NCBI GenBank assembly: GCA_037439685.1
Contig: JBBIVO010000002.1
Coordinates: 8,918 to 40,917 of the forward strand
Source of the DNA: Candidatus Bathyarchaeota archaeon
Lineage (GTDB): Archaea > Thermoproteota > Bathyarchaeia > TCS64
Reading direction: 5' to 3'
Length of the DNA: 32,000 bases
In this document: positions 25,366 through 32,000 of the stretch, in pieces
Position numbering within the stretch: the first letter of the stretch is position 1
How the letters are laid out: every line of letters starts with the position of its first letter
Program-made: the position numbers and the translations under genes
The notes under the pieces: generated by a model
Told to the model about the DNA's origin: nothing
Seen by the model: only the letters and a program-made list of their open reading frames with translations
Database searches by the model: none

Positions 25366-26141
25366 CCCCTACCTATAAGCCCCTCAAGCCTCTTCATGCT
25401 CTCTCGGATCCCCTTGAAGGACTCTATGACGATCCAGCCATCGAAGTCGGCTCCCCTAATCATCTGGATGATCCTCCCCCAGTCTATGGAGCCCCTCCCT
25501 ATCTCTAGGTGCTCATCCATCTGCCCGTTGTTGTCGCTCACGTGGACGTGGCCGATCCTCCCTCCAAGGAGGTTCATGAAGCCCTCGACCTCCCCCCTCA
25601 GGTGGGCGTGGGCTATATCCAATACCATCCTCAGGTCCAGCCCCGACTCCTCATAGAAGCGGTTGAAGCTCTCTATGGACTTCATCAGGAAGGGGTATGG
25701 CTCAGGGCAGTTCTCAATCATCACCTCAACCCCATACTCCCCGGCGAATTTGACGATCCTCCCAACCGACCTGATGTTCAGGCTCCAGCCCACCCCCGGG
25801 GTGAAGTACTCTATGGCGGTGGCCGCCCCGGGATGGAAGACGAGGGCCTCCGCCTCCAAGGCCGAGGCCCACTTGATGGAGGCCTCCAGCCTTCTCAGCA
25901 TGGCCTCCCTCAGGTACTCGTCCGGCGCGGCTATGTTCATGGTGGAGAAAGGGGCGTGGAGGGAGTACCTCAGGTCGTAAGAGCTCCTCAGCTCTAGAAG
26001 CCTCTCAACCCTCGGCCTATCCAGCGTGTGGAGTCCGTCATCTGTCAGCTCAACCAGCTTGGATCCGGAGAGGAGGATATCTGTTAAGGCCTCTTCAAGG
26101 GGCTTTTGGAGGCAGAAGAGGGTTGAAACGGCCAGCCTCAT
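25362..26141 (-). CDS. Xylose-isomerase-like TIM-barrel protein (sugar phosphate isomerase/epimerase, AP_endonuc_2 family)
   Basis: 'VFHPG', 'MIENC' and 'HVHVSDNNG...H' motif series. Start chosen at 'MRLAVSTLF'. Its stop overlaps the rnz stop in a shared CTAG. Confidence 0.7.
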   Translation of the reverse strand: MRLAVSTLFCLQKPLEEALTDILLSGSKLVELTDDGLHTLDRPRVERLLELRSSYDLRYSLHAPFSTMNIAAPDEYLREAMLRRLEASIKWASALEAEALVFHPGAATAIEYFTPGVGWSLNIRSVGRIVKFAGEYGVEVMIENCPEPYPFLMKSIESFNRFYEESGLDLRMVLDIAHAHLRGEVEGFMNLLGGRIGHVHVSDNNGQMDEHLEIGRGSIDWGRIIQMIRGADFDGWIVIESFKGIRESMKRLEGLIGRG

Positions 26142-26253
26142 ATCAGGTAAACATCCCCTATGGTGTTGATCGCCGAGCACCCTCATAAAGGTGTGAGCTC
26201 AACGATGGGTGATGTGGAAGGGTTCACCCTTTCATGGGGCTTCTCCATGGGCT

Positions 26254-26568
26254 CTATCTCCTCCCAATAAGGATTCTAACCCTCCCCTCCCTCGACTCTA
26301 GGGAGATGATCTCGTGGCCTAGGCGGGCTGCGAGGCGCTTTATATCCTCCTCAGCCTCCGGGTCGTCGGCGATGACCTCAAGGACCTCCCCTGAGGCCAT
26401 CCTATCCAGTTCGATCCTGGTCCTGAGGAGCGGCTCGGGGCACCGCATCCCTATACAGTTGAGGGTTCTATCAGGCCTCCTTCCGTCTGGGCTCATCCTA
26501 GAGAGGCCTCCTCCCTTTACACCTTTATCCCATGCTGGGGGCTCTATTCCCCCTGTTTGGATGGTCAT
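26254..26568 (-). CDS. TusA/SirA-like sulfur-carrier protein
   Basis: 'LNCIGMRCPEPLLRTR' contains the conserved CPxP Cys motif. ATG 26568 overlaps the upstream gene's stop (ATATGA). The longer track ORF is antisense-overlapping and was rejected. Alternative start at 26496. Confidence 0.7.
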   Translation of the reverse strand: MTIQTGGIEPPAWDKGVKGGGLSRMSPDGRRPDRTLNCIGMRCPEPLLRTRIELDRMASGEVLEVIADDPEAEEDIKRLAARLGHEIISLESREGRVRILIGRR

Positions 26569-27062
26569 ATGGTGACCTCGGGGGACTTTTTGCCCGTCAT
26601 CTCCTCGATCTCTATCTGCCCAACCAGGGCTCTGCCAAGGGTTCCATTCCTCTCCCACTCCTCGAGCCTCTTGAAGAGCCTCTCGGGGTTCCTGTCCTGG
26701 TGCCTTATCATCGCTTTGAGGGCGTTGAGCCTCCCCTCCCTCTCCGAGATGAAGCTGACCCTGCCCTTGAACATGGCTGAGGCGTATAGGTGGTTGCACT
26801 CCCCCTCCTGATATCCGAAGTCTATTATGGCCTGTCCCCAGACCGTTGGGTTCTCCCTGAGGAACTCCAGCTTCTTCCCCTCCTTGGCGCAGTGGAAGTA
26901 GATCAGGTTCCTCTCCTCATCGTAGCCGTGGTTCAGGGTCACGAGGTAGGGCTCACCTGCTCTGCACATGGCTATGGTGATGTATCGAGCCCGCTTCAGT
27001 ATCTCCTTTAGAACCCTCTCCTCCACTATCTCCTTATCTCTTCTCCTAACGTGATATGCCAT
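26565..27062 (-). CDS. Pyridoxamine 5'-phosphate oxidase-like FMN-binding split-barrel protein (NimA-like)
   Basis: 165 aa. 'MAYHVRRRDKEI...ILKRARYITIAM...GEPYLVTLNHGYD....IYFHCAKEGKKL' is the layout typical of the Pyridox_ox_2 family. Confidence 0.65.
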   Translation of the reverse strand: MAYHVRRRDKEIVEERVLKEILKRARYITIAMCRAGEPYLVTLNHGYDEERNLIYFHCAKEGKKLEFLRENPTVWGQAIIDFGYQEGECNHLYASAMFKGRVSFISEREGRLNALKAMIRHQDRNPERLFKRLEEWERNGTLGRALVGQIEIEEMTGKKSPEVTI

Positions 27063-27239
27063 GGTGCTCTTATATCAGCAAGTCAACCATGGAAAAAGAT
27101 TTTCTCCTTTATCAGGTTTCCCCTCTCATAACTCACGTTAATGGAAAAAGGGGTTGGGGTGCGTTGTGAGACCTGTGAAATCCTTTGGGGAGATACCATA
27201 GCTGGGTTCGGGGGGTCCATGGGAATATGGGGAAATCCG

Positions 27240-29081
27240 CTATTTCAGCCTCACGTATCTCTCAAGCTCTCTTGCCTCTTCCCCTAGCCTCAGCCTCTCG
27301 AGGGTGGCCTTTCTGGGTATGCCCCTCTTGTCCCATCCCCTCTTGTCGTAGTATATCTGGAGGAGGGTGTCATAATTCTCCCTTTCAAGGTTTGAGCCCT
27401 TTATGGGCCCCTCCCTCAGCGGCTCGTCGAACCATCGGGGTGGTGGGTAGTCCTGGCTCCTATCCCACTCCCCCCCGAACTCTCTGACCCAGAAGGCCCT
27501 GATGAGGGCGTAGACCCTGTCGCCTAGGGTGAACATCTCCTCGAGGCTCGTCTTCACCCCGGTGGCCGCCTCGAAGAACCTGATGTACCAGTCCAGCTCG
27601 AAGCCCAGCTCTATCCATGGGAACCTGCATGTGACGAGCTCCTCGAAGATCCCTCCCCTTATCCTCTGGAACTCTATCACCTTATCCGCCTTCTCCGGGT
27701 TGTACTCGGCCCTCCTCCCGGTCGAGATCTCCCATGAGATGACCCATGCATCCTTGTGGTGGGCTCCTATGGGGGAGGTGGCGAAGCTGAGGGCCATCCC
27801 GGGGACGAGGTGGCAGTCGTAGGCGCTGCACTCGAGCCCCTTGACGTGGATCGCCCATCTTGAGGCCTCCCCACCCAGCCTCTCGGAGGCCCTCTTCACC
27901 CCTAGGGATAGGAGGTCGCCGACGCCCCTTCTGTAGGCCATCTCCTCTATCAGGGTCTTCGCCCCCTCGAAGTCTCCCCAGGTTATATCCAGGTCTAGGA
28001 TTCCCCTCTCCGCCGACTCCATGGCGAATCCTATGACGTTTCCTGCGCCTATCGTGTCCAGGCCGAGCTCGTCGCACATCCTGTTCAGGGTTGCCACCTT
28101 CCTCAGGTCTCCAAGCCCTATGTTGGAGCCGAGCATGGCGACGTTCTCGTAGTCGAGCTCGCTCTCCCTCCCCTCCGAGTCCTCCACCACATTTCCGCAT
28201 ATCATGTTGCAGTTGGGGCAGCCCCTCTGCTTTATCACCATCCCCTCCATGGTCGTCCCGCTTATGGCCTCAGCCTCCTCGAAGACCCCCTCCCTGAAGT
28301 TGTAGGTTGGGAGGGTGCTGTGCTCCTGGCACCACTCGACGGTGGCCATCGTCCCCTGCCTCCTCCAGAAGGCGTAGTTCTCCCTCTTCAGGATCGACTG
28401 GTAGCCCTCCTGGCCCAGCTCCCTCAGCCCCTTCGGGTCATGGGGCTGGGGCTCCCCTGAGCCGTTTATCACGACCGCCTTCAGTTTCTTTGAGCCCATC
28501 ACGGCCCCCATCCCTGGCCTTCCCCCCGCCCTACCCTCCTGGGAGACGACGGTGGCGAGGCCCACTAGGTTCTCTCCAGCGGGGCCGATGAGCAGGATCC
28601 CCGAGCCCCTCCCATGCTCCTCCCTCAGCCTCGCCTCGGCCTTGAAGGAGTCCAGCCCCCATAGGTGCTCGGCGTCCCTAAGCTCGACCCTATCATCCTC
28701 TATTATGAGGTAGCTCGGCCTCTCCGCCCTCCCCTTGAGGATTATCGCATCGTATCCAGCCCTCCTCAGGTTGACAGCCGCGACGGAGCCTAGGTTCCCG
28801 TCACCATAGCCTCCTGTGAGGGGGCTCTTCGAGGCCACTAATAGCTTGCCGCTGCTAGGTAGCGCGAAGCCGGTTAGGGGACCTGCCGCGAAGATGAGGA
28901 TATTCTCAGGGCTCAGGGGATCGGTTCCCGGCCTCAGCTCCTCCCATAGCAGCTTCACGGCGAAGCCCCTTCCGCCGAGGAACCTCTCAGCCAGATCCCA
29001 CGGGTACTCCTCAGCCATCCCCCTTCCTTTCGTCAGGTCGAACCTTAATAGGCGTCCATTCCACCCTTTCAAGGGTTCCAC
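27240..29081 (-). CDS. aor: Tungsten-containing aldehyde:ferredoxin oxidoreductase
   Basis: 613 aa. 'GGRGFAVKLLWEE', 'IFAAGPLTG', 'GRAGGRPGMGAVMGSKKLKAVV', Cys cluster 'RGCPNCNMICG' and C-terminal 'YYDKRGWDKRGIP'. Confidence 0.9.
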   Translation of the reverse strand: MEPLKGWNGRLLRFDLTKGRGMAEEYPWDLAERFLGGRGFAVKLLWEELRPGTDPLSPENILIFAAGPLTGFALPSSGKLLVASKSPLTGGYGDGNLGSVAAVNLRRAGYDAIILKGRAERPSYLIIEDDRVELRDAEHLWGLDSFKAEARLREEHGRGSGILLIGPAGENLVGLATVVSQEGRAGGRPGMGAVMGSKKLKAVVINGSGEPQPHDPKGLRELGQEGYQSILKRENYAFWRRQGTMATVEWCQEHSTLPTYNFREGVFEEAEAISGTTMEGMVIKQRGCPNCNMICGNVVEDSEGRESELDYENVAMLGSNIGLGDLRKVATLNRMCDELGLDTIGAGNVIGFAMESAERGILDLDITWGDFEGAKTLIEEMAYRRGVGDLLSLGVKRASERLGGEASRWAIHVKGLECSAYDCHLVPGMALSFATSPIGAHHKDAWVISWEISTGRRAEYNPEKADKVIEFQRIRGGIFEELVTCRFPWIELGFELDWYIRFFEAATGVKTSLEEMFTLGDRVYALIRAFWVREFGGEWDRSQDYPPPRWFDEPLREGPIKGSNLERENYDTLLQIYYDKRGWDKRGIPRKATLERLRLGEEARELERYVRLK

Positions 29082-29139
29082 CGATCAGTGATCGCTTTAC
29101 GGCAATAAGCCTTTTACCCTCCCGGTTGACTTCGGGGCT

Positions 29140-29415
29140 TCATCCTCCGGCGAAGGGTGGGATGAGGTACACCACATCCCCGTCCCTGAGCTCCGTCTCA
29201 TTCCCCTCCAGGGTCTCCACGTTCCTCCCATTCAGCAGGACCACGAGGGGGCCGCCCTCCCCAAGCTCCTCCCCCCATTTTAGGAGGTTCCTCTCCACCC
29301 TCCCAAGCAGAATCCCCCTCAATGCCCCTATTTTGGCCCCCTCTTCGAGCTCGAGGGTGAGCACATCTCCTAGGCGGGGGATCAGGCCTCCGAAGACCCT
29401 CACCGTGACCCTCAT
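29140..29415 (-). CDS. MoaD/ThiS-family beta-grasp sulfur-carrier / ubiquitin-like protein
   Basis: 91 aa ending '...DGDVVYLIPPFAGG*' (C-terminal Gly-Gly). It lies 58 nt upstream of aor on the same strand. Confidence 0.75.
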   Translation of the reverse strand: MRVTVRVFGGLIPRLGDVLTLELEEGAKIGALRGILLGRVERNLLKWGEELGEGGPLVVLLNGRNVETLEGNETELRDGDVVYLIPPFAGG

Positions 29416-29462
29416 CTCGAGGTGATAAGTGGAAAAGATAAATATAATGCTGTTGATTCTCG
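29416..29462 (-). promoter_or_regulatory. Putative promoter of the moaD-like/aor operon
   Basis: On the minus strand 'ATTATATT' (plus-strand coordinates 29441-29448) lies 26-33 nt upstream of ATG 29415, consistent with a leaderless archaeal promoter. Confidence 0.3.
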
Positions 29463-29636
29463 GTGGATCATCCTATCTTAAAGATAAAGCAATTTGAAAA
29501 TGATTATGTCCAAAGTTTTGTGGATCTCGAGGGCCTCCATGTTTTATGGAGGCAGGATCGTAAGGGTGAATGTTATATAGAGATTCGGCCACCCTCTTCA
29601 TCGACCAGATTGGAAAGGTTTGAGCCGCCGTCGGAG

Positions 29637-31313
29637 ATGGCCGCCGACCTGGCTATCCTCGGCGGGAAGGTGCTGACCCTCGACCCGGAGAACCGGGTGG
29701 TGGAGGCCGTGGCCGTCAGGGATGGGCGGGTCATAAAGGTGGGCAGCAACGAGGATGTGAGGAGGCTCGTGGGGCCGGCCACCAGGGTGGTGGATGTGGG
29801 GGGTAGGCTCGTCCTGCCCGGATTCATAGACAGCCATGAGCACTGCATAGCCCAAGGCCTGAGGGCGGACTGGGTTAACTGCTCATCTCCACCCATGGGG
29901 AGCATAGAGGATATCGTGAGGGCCCTCTCGGAGAGGGCCTCGGAGAGGCCTGAGGGGGAGTGGATCAAGGGATATGGATTCGACGAGTCCAAGCTCTTGG
30001 AGAGGAGGTTCCCCACCAGGCACGATTTGGATAGGGCCTCCACCAGGCACCCGATATACCTGGCGAGGGCGGGGGGCCACAACGCGGTCGCAAACAGCCT
30101 CGCCCTCAGACTGGCGGGGATCGGGAGGGAGACCCCGCAACCCAGGGGAGGAAATATAGAGAGGGATCCCTCGGGGGAGCCCACGGGCAGGCTAGACGAG
30201 ATCGCGGCGATGGAGCTGGTGAGGGGGAGGATCCCAGAGCCTTCTGAGGAGGAGGCGGTCGTGATGATGGTGAGGAGCTGGCCTGAGGTGGAGGAGAGGC
30301 TCCTCAGCTGGGGGCTGACAACGATCCATGAGGCCCACGTGAAGGCCAGGGAGGCCAAGGCATACCAGGAGCTGCTGAGGAGGGGGATGCTGAGGTTGAG
30401 GGTGGGCCTCATGCTTGACGGCATGGCCCCATATCGGGGAACCGCGTCGAGCGACCTCTCCAGGCTGGGGCTGCGGACGGGCTTCGGATGGGGTGACAGG
30501 CTGAGGGTTATAGGGGTGAAGCTGGGAGTCGACGGGGCCATGGGGCCGAGGACTGCAGCCCTGAACAGGCCCTACGAGGATGAGCCCGAGAACATGGGCA
30601 TCGTAAGGGTCTCGAGGGAGGCCCTCACGGAGGAGGTGGTGAGGTGCCACGAGGCTGGGATCAGGGTCTGCATCCACGCCATCGGCGACAGGGCGATAGA
30701 CCTGGCCCTAGACGCGATAGAGGAGGCCCTGCGGAGGAGGGGGTGGGAGGACCACCGCCATAGGATTGAGCACGCCGGGTATGTGGAGGAGCCCCAGCTG
30801 AGGAGGATGAGGAGGCTCGGAGTGGCGGTCTCGGCCTCGATAGGCTTCTGCCACCCCATAGGCGACAGCCACCTGGAGGCCCTTGGAAGGTGGAGGATGA
30901 GGGGCTACTATCCGATGAGGAGCTTCAGGGACCACGGGATAGTGGCCGGGGGGAACAGCGACGGCTTCGGGGAGAACTGGGCCTTAACCGGGATATACGG
31001 CTGCGTGACGAGGAGGACCATGAGGGGGGAGGTCCTATGCGAGGAGGAGGCCATCCCCATCATCGACGCCATAAGGGCCTACACCATAAACGGAGCCTAC
31101 CTCGAGGGGGCTGAGGGGGAGAAGGGCTCCATAGAGCCTGGGAAGCTGGCCGACATGATCGTCCTAGACAGGGATATAACCTCCACCAGGCCGGAGGAGA
31201 TCCTCAGGGCAAGGGTTCTCATCACCATAGTGGGCGGGGAGATAGTATACAACAGGATGGGAGAGGCTGAGAGAGGGGAGATAAAACCTGAAACAGGTCA
31301 GGATGCCGTTTAG
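29637..31313 (+). CDS. Amidohydrolase-3 family (YtcJ-like) metal-dependent hydrolase
   Basis: From ATG 29637: 'MAADLAILGGKVLTLDP...AVRDGRVIKVG', 'LPGFIDSHEH', 'HAIGDRA', 'IEHAG'. The upstream 58 codons of the track ORF are AT-richer and have no family counterpart. Confidence 0.75.
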   Translation: MAADLAILGGKVLTLDPENRVVEAVAVRDGRVIKVGSNEDVRRLVGPATRVVDVGGRLVLPGFIDSHEHCIAQGLRADWVNCSSPPMGSIEDIVRALSERASERPEGEWIKGYGFDESKLLERRFPTRHDLDRASTRHPIYLARAGGHNAVANSLALRLAGIGRETPQPRGGNIERDPSGEPTGRLDEIAAMELVRGRIPEPSEEEAVVMMVRSWPEVEERLLSWGLTTIHEAHVKAREAKAYQELLRRGMLRLRVGLMLDGMAPYRGTASSDLSRLGLRTGFGWGDRLRVIGVKLGVDGAMGPRTAALNRPYEDEPENMGIVRVSREALTEEVVRCHEAGIRVCIHAIGDRAIDLALDAIEEALRRRGWEDHRHRIEHAGYVEEPQLRRMRRLGVAVSASIGFCHPIGDSHLEALGRWRMRGYYPMRSFRDHGIVAGGNSDGFGENWALTGIYGCVTRRTMRGEVLCEEEAIPIIDAIRAYTINGAYLEGAEGEKGSIEPGKLADMIVLDRDITSTRPEEILRARVLITIVGGEIVYNRMGEAERGEIKPETGQDAV

Positions 31314-31822
31314 ACCTCTAGGGGCTTCCCGTACTCCTCTCCGAAGAATACCTCCTCGAGGCCCTTCCTCGGCCTCTGGGGTGGGGCCTCATCTGGAACC
31401 CCTATGGGGAGGAGGACCACCACCCTCAGGCCATCCGGCACCTTCAGCAGGGCCTTCACCTTCTCCTCCTCGAAGGCGCCTATAAAGCAGCTTCCATAGC
31501 CTAGCCCCTCCGCGGCTAGGACCATGTTCTCGACGGCTATCATGACATCCTTGTCGCACCACCTTGGGGAGGCCTCTGGGTCTGCGAGGGCCACGACCAC
31601 CGCCCCGGCGTCGGCTATGAACATCTGGCCCCTAGCCGCCTCTGCGAGCCTCCTCCTCTGCTCAGGGCTCCTCACGATTATGAACCTCCAGGGCTGCCTG
31701 TTCCCGGCGGATGGAGCTAGGCGCCCGGCCTCTAGGATCTCCAGGAGGTGCTCCTTAGGTATCTCTGATGGCCTATATCTCCTGATGCTCCTCCTCTTCC
31801 TGATAACCTCTATAACGGCCAA
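31310..31822 (-). CDS. Nitroreductase-family FMN oxidoreductase
   Basis: 'IRKRRSIRRY' and 'APSAGNRQPWRFIIV'. It lies 45 nt downstream of the AOR-family gene end on the same strand. Confidence 0.8.
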   Translation of the reverse strand: MAVIEVIRKRRSIRRYRPSEIPKEHLLEILEAGRLAPSAGNRQPWRFIIVRSPEQRRRLAEAARGQMFIADAGAVVVALADPEASPRWCDKDVMIAVENMVLAAEGLGYGSCFIGAFEEEKVKALLKVPDGLRVVVLLPIGVPDEAPPQRPRKGLEEVFFGEEYGKPLEV

Positions 31823-31867
31823 TCCCTTCCACCCTACCCTTTGATGGCCCTTCCCCCGGTTCCCTAT

Positions 31868-32000
31868 TTATGCCTTTCTAAGCCTTGAGATGTGGGGTTC
31901 GAGCTCCTCTAGGCCAAGCCTCTCGAGGGCCTCCCTCCTCGGGATCCCCCTCTCGTCCCAGCCGAGCACCCTGTAATAGTTGCTCTTCATCATCTCCACC
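31868..32000 (-). CDS. AOR-family oxidoreductase, C-terminal 43 codons only (continues beyond window)
   Basis: Minus-strand translation '..VEMMKSNYYRVLGWDERGIPRREALERLGLEEL...*' matches the AOR C-terminal 'YY..RGWD..G.P' region. Stop TAA at 31868-31870. Confidence 0.6.
   Translation of the reverse strand, partial: VEMMKSNYYRVLGWDERGIPRREALERLGLEELEPHISRLRKA

Noticed and set aside
10976-29447. Shared A-rich motif ATGGAAAA(A)GATTTT at 10976-10991 and 27089-27104, with core TGGAAAAGAT again at 29430-29439, all in intergenic DNA near AOR-family genes. It is loosely reminiscent of the CCAnTGGAAA core of archaeal ORB elements as I recall them.
   Set aside because: The motif is short and low complexity. 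Similar strings occur inside coding regions (about 5885 and about 12198), orientation relative to the AOR genes is inconsistent, and the expected number of chance matches of this length in 32 kb is not negligible. It probably reflects generic AT-rich promoter sequence.
1-32000. CRISPR arrays, rRNA genes, additional tRNAs.
   Set aside because: No regularly spaced direct repeats, rRNA-like conserved blocks or further T-arm/cloverleaf candidates were seen on either strand.

Overview
Archaeal chromosomal segment. Evidence: aTrm56, TFE, a tRNA without encoded CCA, TATA-like boxes about 26-33 nt upstream of start codons, and several TTG/GTG starts. Coding DNA is about 58% GC (hand count on single 60-nt lines) and intergenic DNA is AT-rich. 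Most of the window is housekeeping or metabolism: HerA-like ATPase (edge), nitrilase-family hydrolase, two amidohydrolases, Trm56, TFE, HD protein, tRNA-Val(UAC), MFS transporter, IleRS, three radical-SAM enzymes (one AmmeMemoRadiSam-type), an AN1-fused site-2 protease, SixA, PRPP synthase, thioredoxin, RNase Z, and a tungsten AOR locus with MoaD-like and TusA-like carriers plus a nitroreductase. The unusual part starts right after tRNA-Val (6.08 kb). It holds an integrase N-terminal remnant fused to a frameshifted FmdE-like gene, a 162-bp MITE-like element with terminal inverted repeats and an 11-bp target duplication, a transposase remnant, and a 20-32% GC methyltransferase cassette carrying an A9 tract. 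Further on are an asparaginase-family gene with an in-frame TAG and an AOR paralog fragment truncated next to a vapBC cassette. Every disrupted gene in the window lies between tRNA-Val and ileS. A 170-nt GC-rich, highly paired non-coding block downstream of ileS is a candidate structured RNA with a speculative RNase P-like core. No CRISPR array, rRNA or recognisable multi-gene defence system was seen. All family calls come from motif recognition by eye, not database searches.
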